A stretch of DNA of 64,000 nucleotides from Octopus vulgaris (GCA_951406725.2 OX597822.1:68138001-68202000), one strand, 5' to 3'. Numbered from the stretch's first letter, positions 1 to 16,312 are shown. Notes: generated by a model not told the origin, from the sequence alone. Program-made: numbers and translations.

Positions 1-267
1 TTGAGACAGAGAGAAATAGTAACCGAGAAAGAAAGAGAAAGGGAGAAATATATTGACTAAGAGAGGTACGGGCAGAGTGTCACACAGACAGATGAACAGA
101 CAGACAGACTGATGAATAAACGGTCTGACAGACAGACAGACAGGCGCACAGACAGAAGCATAGAGGACAAAAGGCGTGTTCTGGATAGTAAACAAACGAA
201 TGAATGGAAGTTAGAAAGGAGAAAGAAATTCGAAGAAAGAAGGACAAATAGGAAAGAAAGAAAGAAA

Positions 268-308
<41 letters not shown>

Positions 309-330
309 GAATGAAGAAAGACAAATAGGA

Positions 331-370
<40 letters not shown>

Positions 371-381
371 CAAATAGGAAA

Positions 382-422
<41 letters not shown>

Positions 423-810
423 GAATGAAGAAAGACAAATAGGAAAGAAAGAAAGAAAGAAAGAAAGAAGGAAAGAAAGAAAGAAAGGAAGAAAGAAAGA
501 AAGGAATGAAGAAAGAAAGAAAGGAAGGAAGGAAGGAAGGAAGAAAGAAAGAAAGAAGGACATTGATGAGCCTTGACAAAACATGTTGGGGTTAATGTAA
601 AAACGAAGTAACAAAACAGAGTGAAGGAAGCTAGAGGGAGAGAGAGAGAGAGAGGGGGGAGAGAGAGAGGGAGGGAGAGAGAGAAGGGGAAAGAAAGAGC
701 AAGGGAGTGAGAGAGGGAGACAGAGGTAGCGAGAGAGCGATGTATATATGTATGTACCTCTCTCCCCTCTCTGTTTGTCTATTTGTCTCTCTCTCTCTAT
801 ATATATATAT
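1..810. repeat. Purine-rich simple repeats ((GACA)n, (GAAA)n with recurring ACAAATAGG spacer, (GA)n)
   Basis: Direct reading; the ORFs here are low-complexity translations. Confidence 0.95.
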
Positions 811-876
811 TGTTTAAGGCGGCGCTCCAGCATGGCTGCAGTCAAATGACTGAAACAAGTAAAAGAATATAAATAA

Positions 877-1291
877 GCACAGGAGTGGCTGTGTGGTAAG
901 TAGCTTGCTAACCAACCACATGGTTCCGGGTTCAGTCCCACTGCATGGCATCTTGGGCAAGTGTCTTCTGCTATAGCCCCGGGCCGACCAATGCCTTGTG
1001 AGTGGATTTGGTAGACGGAAACTGAAAGAAGCCCGTCGTATATATGTATATACATATATATGTGTATGTGCGTGTTTGTGTGTCTGTGTTTGTCCCCCTA
1101 GCATTGCTTGACAACCGATGCTGGTGTGTTTATGTCCCCGTTACTTAGCGGTTCAGCAAAAGAGACCGATAGAATAAGTACTGGGCTTACAAAGAATAAG
1201 TCCCGGGGTCGATTTGCTCGACTAAAGGCGGTGCTCCAGCATGGCCGCAGTCAAATGACTGAAACAAGTAAAAGAGTAAAAGAGTAAAGAG
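877..1291 (+). mobile_element. tRNA-derived SINE, group A, full length
   Basis: Box A-like TGGCTGTGTGG, box B-like GGTTCAGTCCC, CTTGGGCAAGTGTCTT core, internal (TA)n(TG)n, tail GTCAAATGACTGAAACAAGTAAAAGAG; many copies in the window. Confidence 0.92.
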
Positions 1292-1315
1292 TGTGTGTCT
1301 GTCTGTCTGTCTGTC

Positions 1316-1598
1316 GTGAAGGCACGGGAGTTAATGGTTGTTGTATTCGTCTCACGCTCCTAAGGTCGTGAGTTCGACACCCAACAGAGTGTTGTGTCCT
1401 TCAGCAAGACACCTTATTTCACGTTGCTCCAGCTAGTCCACTCAGTTGGTGAATGTGAGTAGTACCTGTAATTCAGGCTGAATATCCCCGAGAACTACGT
1501 TAAGGATTTGCGGCGTAACTGTGGAGTGCTCAGCCACTTGCTCGTTAAATTCACAACCGGGCTGTTCCGTTGATCGGATCAACTGGAACGCTCGTCGT
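1316..1598 (+). mobile_element. tRNA-derived SINE, group B (CORE-like centre), degenerate
   Basis: GTGAAGGC head, GAGTTCGACAC box B, GTTGTGTCCTT..GCAAGACAC centre, tail GATCGGATCAACTGGAAC shared with the 25249 copy. Confidence 0.8.
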
Positions 1599-1628
1599 GT
1601 ATCTATCTATCTATCTATCTATCTATCC

Positions 1629-1690
<62 letters not shown>

Positions 1691-2189
1691 TCTGAGAGAG
1701 AGAGAGAGAGAGAGAAGTAGAAAGAGAAAGAGAGATACTCATAGACAAATAGAGAAAGATAGGCTGATAGACAGTGAAAAAAGAAGAGAGAACAGAGTAT
1801 TGTGAATGAATTAAAAATAAAAAGAAATTGAAGAGAAATTGAGCTAAAGAAAATTATATAAGCGAATGAAAATGTTTAAAAAGAAAGCGGAAAACAGACG
1901 GAAAATGAAGAAAGAGGAAGCAAAACAGACATGATACAGGAAAAAGGATATGCAAAAAAAGAATGAAATGAAGGAGAAATAGGAAAAAAAGAGTGATCCG
2001 TTATAGGGACATACAAATGAAGACGAAATAAAGAAAGGAAAGACGTTAGAGAGCGTATGGAAGTTATTAGAGAAAATAGAACAAAATAACGAAAGAAATA
2101 GAAATAGTCTTATTTGATCTTATACTTCATTCTTATATTCTTTTAATGATTTTAGGTGTGGGATCCGACCTAGCTGGAGCACAACCTTA

Positions 2190-2750
2190 ATTTATTATCT
2201 TTCAGTTTTATTGTTGCTTTATGGCTGGAAGTTGGTCTGTGATTGAGTTCGTAACGGCTGCTGATCTTTCCCTGAGTGTATCACTGAATGGTTGGCTGGT
2301 CTTGTATCGTCGTTAGGAGTTTATCCAATGTATTTTTTTAATATTTCCTCGAGGGAATGTTTCTTTAGGTAGGCAGTTGAACAACTGAAGTCTTCTAAAT
2401 ATTGGACAAACACAGCAGAGTGTTTTTATCGTGATTTTGCAGCTTATATATTTGGAAGATAACAGTGTCTACCAATTCGTACATTAAAGTTCTCTCTAAT
2501 GCTGAAGTTTGGAAGAAGATTTTCCAGGATTTTCCATACGTTTATGATAGCATATTTCTCTCTTCGGCGTTCAAGAGAGTAGATACATCAATCTTTCAGA
2601 CGTTGCAAGCAATCAAGGCTTTTAACTGAAGTTATTTTACTATCAAACATATTTTGTTATCCTTCCATTTCTTCTAAGCAGACCAAAGCTGTGAGCAGTA
2701 ATCTAATCTGCTCAGAACTAGGGTTTTCCATCGAGTCAGTACGGTTCCTG
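2190..2750 (-). mobile_element. Degenerate CR1/L2-type LINE 3' fragment
   Basis: Minus-strand translation gives IYSLERRREKYAIINVWKILENLLPNF and RSAAVTNSI, typical of the CR1/L2 ORF2 C-terminus; stops and frameshifts present. Confidence 0.75.
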
Positions 2751-3089
2751 GTTCATTTATCTTTTACTTGTTTCAGTCATCGGACAGCGGCCATTGTAGG
2801 TCAGAGTTATGACGGGTTCATTTGAATGAATCGACTCTAATACTTATTTATATAGTCTGCTATTAATCTATAGATAGTGGCCAGGCTTGAGTACCACTTT
2901 GATTGTATTTTCTTTTTGTTAATGAAGCAATACAGCGCCCGTTCCTTATTTTTTAAAGTTTGATACATATTATTGACAGTGATATTGAAGTTTCGGCCAG
3001 TGAAACCATCGTTGCACTTCCCGCCATATATTTTTTTTTTTCAGCTCAGAGCTGCGGCCATGCTGATGCACCGCCGTTTATATATTCAC

Positions 3090-3260
3090 TCTTTTACGTT
3101 TTTACTTTTTTTGACTGCGGCCATGTTGGAGCATCGCCTTTAGTCGAGAAAATCGACCCCAGGACTTATTCTTTGTAAGCCCAGTACTTATTCTATCGAA
3201 ATCTTTTGCCGAACCGATCGGTTTTGAAGCGATGCTGGGGGGACAAACACAGACATACAA

Positions 3261-3359
<99 letters not shown>

Positions 3360-3524
3360 TATATACGACGGGCTTCTTTCAGTTTCCGTCTACCAAATCC
3401 ACTCACAACGCTTTGGTCGGTCCGAGGGTATAGTAGAAGACACTTGCCCAAGGTATCACTCAGTGGGAATGAATCCGCAACCATGTGGTTGGTAAGCAAG
3501 CTACTCACCACACAGCCACTCCTG
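3090..3524 (-). mobile_element. SINE group A
   Basis: Reverse complement of the 877-1291 element with expanded internal (CA)n(TA)n. Confidence 0.9.
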
Positions 3525-3529
3525 ATGTA

Positions 3530-3606
<77 letters not shown>

Positions 3607-3969
3607 AATTTTTGGTATCTTGGCATCTGAAGCAGCTGAAGATACGATAGTTTGACCAAAAGTATTAGCTAATACAAGTAAAAATATATATTGGAAAACA
3701 ATACATTTCGCCAAATTTGGATATACGTCACTTCAGCATAATAGAAATGATATATATTCTTTTTTTTTCTGTCATTTAGCTCCAGCCTTTAGTCGAGCAA
3801 ATCGACCGCAGGACTTATTCTTTGTAAGCCTAGTACTTATTCTATAGGGTCTTTTGCCGAACCACTAAATTACGGTGACGTAAACACACCAGCATCGGTT
3901 GTCAAGTGATGTTCGGGAGAAAAGCACAGACACACAAACACACACACACATGCACACACACGCATATAT

Positions 3970-4052
<83 letters not shown>

Positions 4053-4059
4053 CACACAC

Positions 4060-4115
<56 letters not shown>

Positions 4116-4235
4116 GACGGGCTCTTTTCAGTTTCCGTCTACCAAATCCGATCACAAGGTTATAGCACAGTGGTTCCCAACCCTTTGATTTAAACTAATT
4201 TTCCCATCGAACCCTGTTAATATGCTTATCCTTAC

Positions 4236-4298
<63 letters not shown>

Positions 4299-4302
<4 letters not shown>

Positions 4303-4833
4303 TACTTGAAGAATAAGAAAACGACGCGTTGCGTTCAATCATATAATAACAATTTAATACATAAAACATATGCATACATACATACATATATGTACATACC
4401 TATATGTATATATACATGCATATATGAGTACAGGACACCACAAATAAACGTAGAACACAACGAGAAACGAAAACATAAAATCAAACAAGGAAACGGACTT
4501 TTTTTAACAACGAAAAAACAGAGTACAAGACAAACAATACAAGGAATATTTCCCTTCATCAGCTGCCCCTGTTTCGACTCAATCGAAACACGTATTGAGT
4601 CGAAACAGGGGCAGCTGATGAAGGGGAATATGCCTTGTATTATTTGTCTTGTACTCTGTTTTTTCGTTGTTAAAAAAGGCCGTTTCCTTGTTTGTTTTTA
4701 CGTTTTCGTTTCTCGTTGTGTTCTACGTTTATTTGTGGTGGCCTGTACGCATATATGCATGTATATATACATATAGATGTAGGTATGTACATATATGTAT
4801 GTATGTATGCATATGTCTTGTTTATTAAATTGT

Positions 4834-4840
<7 letters not shown>
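4299..4840. mobile_element. Fold-back element with ~240-bp inverted arms, probable Penelope-like pLTR
   Basis: About 4341-4583 is the near reverse complement of about 4595-4840; sits in (TA)n; related copy at 10924-11877. Confidence 0.75.
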
Positions 4841-4872
<32 letters not shown>

Positions 4873-4873
<1 letters not shown>

Positions 4874-5906
4874 TAGCATTAAAGACCCGTCGTTGCCGGG
4901 TCATAGTGCTAGTACATGTATATATGTGTATATATATATGTGTACATATTACATGTACATCTATATATATACATCTACACATAAAATGCAAAGTACAAAG
5001 TTATATCTTGATATCGCTAGTGATAACAATGCTCAAAATATATAACAGACTGGAATTGTTAGCCCGGCTCTTGTAATTTCGATCAATTGTATCTTGTCCT
5101 CCCTCTTGTATAGAAGTGTGGCTACAATCCAGCCTACCTCAACTTCTGGGGGGGGGGGGGGAATTTTTTCCGGCACGTCCTACGTCCCAGATATATAGGT
5201 AAAAATAAAATATTTCCACTTTGCAAGTTCAAGTCGAGTACTCCCTTGCACGCTCCGTTGACTCGAACCTTGCTTCTATTGTGCCGAATTTACCGCCTCT
5301 GATTAGATACCTTTCATAGTCGCACCAAGACACTTTTCGAAGGTGCTTTCCACCATGTGTTCAAATCTTCATTTTTCTCTACATTGTATACTTTATAGAC
5401 AATAGTCTTTTATTTAATTTAATTTTTTTATTATCTATCTGGACTATTCCATTTCTGCACGCTAATTTTATTTTTAATTTATTCCCATTCATGCGAAACC
5501 ACTTATTCAAGTTCAAATCATTGATGCAATTTTATACCAATTCCTATTTTTACTTTTGTTATGTTACGATTATATTATACTTTAGTTTGATTTTAATTAT
5601 TACTTACTACATATAATTCAATTGTTATTATTATTTTTATTGTTAAAGTGAAAGTATCTGACATAGAATAGAAAAACGTTTTTGTTTCACTTTTAACACG
5701 TAATACTGAAATAGTGGAGAAGATATGATTTTGCTATGGGCTCGCTCTAGGCAAGAAGTTGAACATTTTTTTGCCCATGAAACTACATGGACCCTAAGTA
5801 AAGCATGTGTAAAATTTGAATGAAATTGATTGTGTAGTTCTCAAGTTTTAGGGAAACACACAGACAGACAGACAGACACACATTCTCAGTTTTATATATA
5901 TAAAGA
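4873..5906 (-). mobile_element. Non-autonomous Helitron
   Basis: Minus strand starts TCTTTATATATATAAAA then (TGTC)n, and ends with hairpin GACCCG/CGGGTC followed by CTAG; inserted between A and T. Confidence 0.8.
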
Positions 5907-6375
5907 TATATATATATATATGACATTTTTAATTTACTTCACGGAGCCCCAGTTCTACCTTTGCGGACCCCACGTTGGGAACCACTGTTATAGTAGAGGA
6001 TACTACACAGTGGGACTGAACTCGGAAATATGTGGTCGGGAGGCAATCTTCTTACAAACACAGTCATGCATATACAAAAAAATATATATACATGCATATA
6101 CACATACATAAATGCATACACGATTTCATACGTACATATATATATATATATATGCATACAAGCAAGCATCTATAAATATATTTACACATTCACACTCCTT
6201 GTAGTCTCTCTTTGTTCATCACACTCTCCCTCTTTGTCTCTATCTCTCTCTCACTACCTCTTTCTCTCTCTCTTTCCTCTCTCCCTTTCCCTCACTCTCT
6301 TTCTCTCCTTTTCTGTCTCTCAAGCTCTATATAGATGTGTGTGTATTTGTATATATATATATATATATATACATA

Positions 6376-6422
<47 letters not shown>

Positions 6423-6490
6423 GTGTATATATATATATATATATCAATATATATGTATGTATGTATAGATAGATAGATATATATATATAT

Positions 6491-6537
<47 letters not shown>

Positions 6538-6885
6538 TTATATATATATATATATAAATATATGCATATATACATGTATATATGTACACACATTCATACA
6601 CACACACATGCCTCTTCCTTCAGATTTTACTCCCTCTGTCTCATCTACAACTCCCTCCACCTTTCACCCTTTCTCTGTCAATTTCTTTTCTTCTTACTAT
6701 CTTCATCTTTCTCAGCCTCCAATCACACACACGCACACACTCGCTCTCACCCTCTCTCTCTCTCTTTCTCCTCTCTTTACCGCCATGACCACCGACGCCA
6801 CCACCATCCCTAGTTCTTCCCTCTTTCTCCTCTTTCCCTAACTAAATGCTTCCCCCCCTTACCCCTACCAATATCTTCTATTTAC

Positions 6886-6957
6886 CTATGAATCATCAGC
6901 AAATGCTATCAACAGGTCTTCAATTCTTCTGTGTCTGACTACGGCAATCAGTGGCAA
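6886..6957 (-). other. Candidate 72-nt exon
   Basis: Unique sequence bounded by ..CAACAG acceptor and TAG|GTAAAT donor; every frame contains a stop. Confidence 0.25.
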
Positions 6958-7839
6958 CTGTTGATATCGGTTAGGGCAGAAACAAGGCGGGAATTGGGGA
7001 TGCCAAATTTAATAACAATCTCAAATCTTGCATCACCTCACCCAACACCACCACAACACTGCTTCCCATCACACAATTCTTAAAACCCAAAACCCCACGC
7101 CAATCCACATCACGCCTCTCCTCGCCTCGCCTCGCCATTCAGCTCTTTGCTAAAACTTCTCCAACAAACAATACCACGACACACCATAATCACACCATAC
7201 AACATAGCATAGCATAGCACACCTCGATATACTTCGACATACCTCAACACAAGAGGACAGGCTTTTATGCTATACGCAACTCCATATTATAAAACCAAGG
7301 TATAGCACACCGCGCCAAGCATCGCCACGCTATTCCGCCACACGCTAGCTACGCCAACAAACGATAATGCACGGCCACCGCACCATAAAAACACACGCTA
7401 CGCCATAACACAATATACCTCAACACACACATTACATTACCCTACATTACACTACAACACACACTACTATAGTGCAATATAGCTCCGCACCGCTCCATGT
7501 CATTTCTCCCTCACGTCGCCTCCAAAGTGCCTCTTCACACCACGCCACATCGAACTTACACAGAACCTGCAACACACAATGTTGAGAAACCTTGACTAGT
7601 CCTCTCAAACACGCCACGTCAAACCACGGCCCCGCAACATCACGCCACACTGCACCACCGCCACCACTCTCCTATCCTCGCCACTGTATATTACAGCGCA
7701 CTACACCGAACCAAACAATAGGTCTTCAAGCGAGATGGAATGAATTGTTCGTTAAAGGAAGAGGGGACAGGTAAGGAGCTGGGTGTGGATGGGGTGGAAC
7801 TGCAGGTAAGTTGAAAGGGATGTAGGTATGTTCGTATGT

Positions 7840-10923
<3,084 letters not shown>

Positions 10924-11877
10924 AACTTACTTGGAAAAGGATGCGTGACGCTCGATCATATAATAATGTAAATAATATATAGATATATGCATATATTCAT
11001 ACATATATGTACCTACCTATATATATATATATTGATTGATTGAGACCCCCTTCGGTCATGACTGACCCGAGATTGCACCTAGAAAGTTACCCTCCCAGGC
11101 ACATGTCTGGCAAGGTTGTTTATGGAAAACCAGCAGTCGCCTATGCATACCGGCCTCCCCTCTCCACACCATCATTGTTATCCAAGGGAAAGGCAAAGGG
11201 GCCGATACAGCTTGGCACCTGTGACGTCGCAACTCATTTCTACAGCTGAGTGAACTGGAGCAACGTGAAATAAAGTGTCTTGCTCAAGAACACAACACGC
11301 AGGCCGGTCCGGGATTCGAACTCACAACCTCGCGATCTTAAGCTCGACGCTCTAACCACTGAACCATGCGCCTTCACATATATATATGTGTATATATACA
11401 TGCATATATGGGTACAGGACATAAAAATAAACGTTGAACACAATGAGAAACGAAAACATAAAAACAAAAACATAGAAAACGAACTTTTTTTCGAATAACG
11501 AAAAAGAAACAGAGAAATGATAAATGCAACATAAAGAATATTCCCCTTCGTCAGTTGTCCCTGTTTCATCTACTCCTTGCCTTCGCGGCGCGGAGTAGGT
11601 GAAACAGGGACAACTGACGAAGGGGAATATTATGTTGCATATACGTTTCTCTATTTTTTTTTCGTTGTTCGAAAAAAAGTTCGTTTTCTATGTATTTATT
11701 TTTATGCTTTCGTCTCTCATTGCGTTCAACGTTTTTTTTTTTATGCCCTGTACCCATATATGCGTGAATATATACATATATATGTAGGTATATACATATA
11801 TGTATATATGATTATATTTATAAAATTATTTATATTATTATATGATCGAACGTCATGCAACCTTTTCCAAATAAGTT
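10924..11877. mobile_element. Fold-back element, probable Penelope-like pLTR; left arm interrupted by a SINE
   Basis: AACTTACTTGGAAAAGGATGCGTGACG at 10924 mirrors CGTCATGCAACCTTTTCCAAATAAGTT at the right end; apex near 11576-11591. Confidence 0.78.
11032..11377 (-). mobile_element. tRNA-derived SINE, group B
   Basis: Minus strand GTGAAGGCGCATGGTTCAGTGGTTAGAGCG..GAGTTCGAATCCC gives clear A and B boxes; CORE-like centre; (CAAT)n tail. Confidence 0.9.
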
Positions 11878-11889
11878 GTGTGTGTGTCT

Positions 11890-11955
<66 letters not shown>

Positions 11956-12516
11956 GTATATGTGTTTGTGTTGTGAGCATATGTCTGCATATACATGTGT
12001 GTGTACATTTTCCCATTCATCATTAAGGTATTTTGTTCTGTTACTAAGTGCCAAAGTAATATTCATGAAGAGCTCTTTTGCTTTTGGTTTGATTTTTTCA
12101 AGCAAAATAAATACCCAACCAAGCGTGCTGCGAATTCAATCTGTAAGACTTGTTTAGCCTAATATTCAATTTTTTCTTGTTGCTGCTATCTGAATCTGTG
12201 CCCAGACTTCCATATTTTCCCTATTATGTCAAGCTGTGCCTTCTAACTGTCTGCCCTTTTCGACTTGGGTTCATCTATCAGGATGAGATTTGGGACTTGT
12301 GCTATCTGATGTCCATCTTCACTTTGGGAGCTCACACCTGACTGTTTCGTAACTACTGAAGCCCAGAAGCTTGGTTTTTATTTAAGTCCAGGTAAAAATC
12401 CCTACGTATACCTACGCCATTCCAACAACACAGAAAAGCCAGCGAGCTTGCTTTGTCGTGCTTGAGGTGAGCGATTTAGCCAACGTCAACAAGTATAACA
12501 GTTCTCACATGATGAA

Positions 12517-13120
12517 AGGCAGCGAGCTAGCAGAATCGTTAGTACCCCGGGCGAAATGCTTCGTGGTATTTCACCTGTCGCAACGTTGTGGGTTCAAATT
12601 CCGCCGAGGTCGACTTTGCCTTTCATCCTTTTGGAGTCGATTAAATAAGTACCAGTTACGCACTGGGTCGATATAATCGACTTAATCCGTTTGTCTGTCC
12701 TTGTTTGTCCACTCTATGTTTAGCCCCTTGTGGGTAGTAAAGAAATAGGTATTTCTTCTGACGTTACGTTCTGAGTTCAAATTCCGCCGAGGTCGACTTT
12801 GCCTTTCATCCTTTCGGGATCGATTAAATAAGTACCAGTTACGCACTGAGGTCGGTATAATCGACTTAATCCGTTTGTCTGTCCTTGTTTTTCCTCTCTG
12901 TGTGTAGCCCCTTGTGGGCAGTAAAGAAATAAGAAACGTTAGCACGCTGGGCGAAATGCTTAGCATTATTTCGTCTGTCTACGTTCTGAGTTCAAATTCC
13001 GCCGAGGTCGACTTTGCCTTTCATCCTTTCGGGGTCGATAAATTAAGTACCAGTGACGTACTGGGTTCGATGCAATCGACTGGCCTCCTCCCCAGAAATT
13101 TCAGGCCTACTGCCTAGAGA
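12517..13120 (+). mobile_element. Tandem array of three SINE group C units (Nin/Deu-like domain)
   Basis: Three copies of GTTCAAATTCCGCCGAGGTCGACTTTGCCTTTCATCCTTT..AAGTACCAG. Confidence 0.88.
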
Positions 13121-13286
13121 AGAAAAGTTTTAACACAATGACTCTCCCAAGATCCTTAGTACCTCCTCATTACTATCAATTGCTTATCTCAATACAAGAT
13201 CGAATACAATTATGAAGTGATAAAGAACGATTTTTCTACATAGAGCACGCCGAGAAAATTTTGAAAATGCCCCTTTCGCCGTCAGG

Positions 13287-13516
13287 TCATTTGAATTTGG
13301 ATTGAGTGTTTTCGGTGAACCAGTTGGTAGCTTGTACTAGATCTTTAGAAATCTTGTATGGCCTCGTTGGAAGGTTTATGCTCTGTACACCTTCGATGAT
13401 CCTTCTCGGAGCAAAAGTACGCTCGACTGTCATACACTTCTCTCGAAATTCGTTATGTTGTGGTCTCCGCAGGGCATCTACCATAGTCCGAAAGTGGTTA
13501 CAAATCAGGTACTGAG
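13287..13516 (-). CDS. Candidate terminal coding exon of an unidentified host gene
   Basis: Acceptor TTCCTACGTACTTCAG, then an open non-repetitive frame QYLICNHFRTMVDALRRPQHNEFREKCMTVERTFAPRRIIEGVQSINLPTRPYKISKDLVQATNWFTENTQSKFK-stop; no family recognised. Confidence 0.45.
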
Positions 13517-13549
13517 CTGAAGTACGTAGGAATTGAATACATAATTGTT

Positions 13550-14700
13550 TCTAAATTTAGCACAAGGCCAGTAATCTTGAGGGAAATGAGTAGTCGATAT
13601 ACTCGATCCCCGTGCTCAACAGGTACTTATTTTATCGATACCGTAAGGATGGATGGGAAAGTCGACCGCGGCAGCATTTGAACTCAGAACGTAAAGAGCC
13701 GAAAGAAATATCACTAGACATTTTTTCGGTGCAATAACCATTCTGTCAGATCACCACTGTTTGAATGCATAATCGGTTAGCAAAGTCAGCAATTTAGGGG
13801 AAAGTGGTAAGTGGATTAGGTCGACCCCATTGCTCAACTGGTACTTATTAAAATAAGCCCGAAAGGATGAAAGGTAAAGTTGGCCTCGGCAGAATTTGAA
13901 CTCAGAACGTAAAGACGGACGAAATACCTATTTCTTTACTACCCACAAGGGGCTAAACACAGAGGGGACAAACAAGGACAGACAAACGGATTAAGTCGAT
14001 TATATCGACCCCAGTGCGTAACTGGGACTTATTTAATCGACTCCAAAAGGATGAAAGGCAAAGCCGACCTCGGCGGAATTTTAACTCAGAACGTAACGGC
14101 AGACGAAATACCGCAAAGCATTTCGCCCGGCGTGCTAACGTTCTGCCAGCTCACCGCCTTGTAATAATAATAATCCTTTCTATTATAGGCACAAGGTTTG
14201 ACATTTTAGAGGAATGGGGCCAGTCGATTAGATCGATATCAGGACACAACTGGTACTTAATTTATTGACCCCCGAAATGATGAATGGTAAAGTCGGCCTC
14301 GGCAGAATTTGAACTCAGAACGTAAAGACGGACGAAATACCGCTAAGCAATTTTCCCGGCGTGCTAATGATTCTGCCAGTTCACTGACTTATTTGATTAC
14401 ATAATTAATGGAAGTAACCGAATACCAGACATTTCGTCCGGAACTTTACAAAATCTGCCTCCCATCCATTGAATAAGACAATAAATATTGCTTTCAAATT
14501 TTGGCACAAGACAAGCAAGTCCGGGATAGGAGTAAGACGATTACATCGATCTCAATGCTCAACTGGTACTTATTTTATCGACCCCGAAAGGATGAAAGGC
14601 AAAGCTGAACTTGGTAGAATTTGAACTCAAAACATGAAGACGGACGAAATGCCGCAGAGCATTCTATCCGGAACGGTAACGATTCTGATAGTTCGCCACC
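13550..14700 (-). mobile_element. Array of about five SINE group C units in inverted orientation
   Basis: Repeated GAAAGGATGAAAGG..AAGTCG.CCTCGGC.GAATTTGAACTCAGAACGTAA. Confidence 0.88.
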
Positions 14701-15554
14701 TAATTAGACAATAAATATTGATTTTTTTTGCATTGATTCATAACCAAATCTTTCTTACAGAGTAAAATCGATAGCAGTGACTTCAGTGATTTTACTGATC
14801 GCCCTCGAATGTATGAAAATTATAAGCCCTTCCCAATGGAAATTTGAACCCAGTGTGTAGATGACTGTATCTAAATGCTTTGCATCATTTTCCCTGGTAC
14901 ACTACTATTTCTGACACACACCACTCTGTAAGTGATTAATATTATTATAACTGTCCATTAATCATAGGCAACTTCTATATCAATTATATTACACAGATAG
15001 ATACTGACAAATATAGAGACATGACAAAATGTATCCCGACATTCCTTCAATGCTACATCATCCTACACATGCAAGATATTCTAAAGAAAAATGGCGATAC
15101 ATCATAGATGGTATTATGTATTATAAAATGACGTTATGAAAGCTGGCAAAGAATACGACAAATATTCGCTGCAAACTAAAAGCTCTGTTGGACTGGTTTG
15201 CACGAATAAGAATTCAGAGAGAATATTGTAATGTTTTTAAATCCTAAAGATTATACATGAATTCATATCCCACACTATAGAAATAAATTCATATCTCACA
15301 ATATAGGATATGTTAGCAATAAGAAGAATACATTTTCCGAGGCCCAAAAGGCATATTTGTTATAAGATACAGGATTTTCTTCAACATTCCGAAAAAGTGG
15401 GGTACTAAAAAATATCTTAAAAATACAAGAGATTAATAAGTGTTGAAACTATTGCGTTGTGATAGGATATCGGCTTTGCTAACTAATGTAGAATTTCCTA
15501 AAGCACTTATAAAATTTTTACAAAATGTTATGTTTATATGGAACAGTATGAAGT

Positions 15555-15865
15555 CAAGGCTGGTCTTTTGAAATACAAGTACAGCTTATTTTTTGCTAGC
15601 TGAGTGGACTAGAGCAACATGAAATAAAGTGTCTTGCTCAAGAACCCAACGCGCAACCGGATATCAAACTCATAACCTTACGATTGTGAACCCAATACCG
15701 TAACCACTTGACCATATTCCTTCATATGTCATCACAATCTGTGTCACGTTGAATCTCCCTGAGAACTACGTTAAGGGTACGCATGTCTATGGAGTGCTCA
15801 ACCACGTGCAGGTTAATTTAACGTTGTTCAGATCAGCTGAAAATCTCATCGTCGCAAACGACGGA
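15555..15865. mobile_element. SINE group B fragments (minus-strand head, plus-strand tail)
   Basis: GAAATAAAGTGTCTTGCTCAAGAAC centre and CCCTGAGAACTACGTTAAGGGTAC tail motif. Confidence 0.65.
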
Positions 15866-16309
15866 CAGCCGTTTTATTGTGTCGCTGCAAAAGCTACCGA
15901 AAAGGTTTTCAGGAGGGAAAGAAAGTCAAATATACGGTAGAATATTTTTACAAAAACAGATTCACTTCTAATCGATATATCTGCTATTAGACATATCTAT
16001 TAATGGTTGGTGAAATCTACTGATTTCTAGATGCGACTAGTGAGATTTGGCTCTGCTTCAATCAGCATCCGTAAGAGGGTTTGAACCCAGAGTGCAAGGA
16101 GTCAGATGTTCCGAGATATCAGGCTCGACTCTCTAAAAATCCCAACAATTTACGCTGAAAGGATGAAACGGAAAGTTGACCTCGGTGAGTTTCGATCTCT
16201 GAATGCACAGTGCCGGAACAGATACCGCAATATATTCTATCTAGTGAGAGCTGGCTCTATTTCAATCAATATCTGTAAGAGGGTTTGAACTAAGTAAAGT
16301 TACTTAATA

Positions 16310-16312
16310 TTC

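Larger units (their letters stand above)
4168..5987. mobile_element. Non-autonomous hAT (Charlie-like) DNA transposon carrying nested insertions
   Basis: TIRs CAGTGGTTCCCAAC (4168) and GTTGGGAACCACTG (ending 5987); 8-bp TSD TTATAGCA/TTATAGTA (7 of 8 match). Confidence 0.85.
3785..6070 (-). mobile_element. SINE group A split by a hAT insertion (parts 3785-4167 and 5988-6070)
   Basis: The SINE sequence stops at TTATAGCA (4160-4167) and resumes at TTATAGTAG..CAGTGGGACTGAAC after 5987. Confidence 0.8.

Noticed and set aside
57-1055. 332-aa ORF and the many IYIY, poly-I, CVCV and HTHT ORFs across the window
   Set aside because: They are translations of microsatellites and SINEs that lack stops in some frames.
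7735-7812. Two plus-strand CAG|GTAAG donors after an ATG
   Set aside because: No promoter or downstream partner exon; surrounded by low-complexity DNA.
11300-11377. tRNA-like sequence
   Set aside because: It is a SINE head: no proper acceptor stem, and it continues into a repeated body.
12030-12400. Unique-looking stretch with short ORFs
   Set aside because: No frame is supported by splice sites or recognisable motifs.
12517-14700. Regularly spaced repeats resembling a CRISPR array
   Set aside because: Units are 150-230-bp SINE copies with repeated rather than unique spacers; eukaryotic context and no cas genes.
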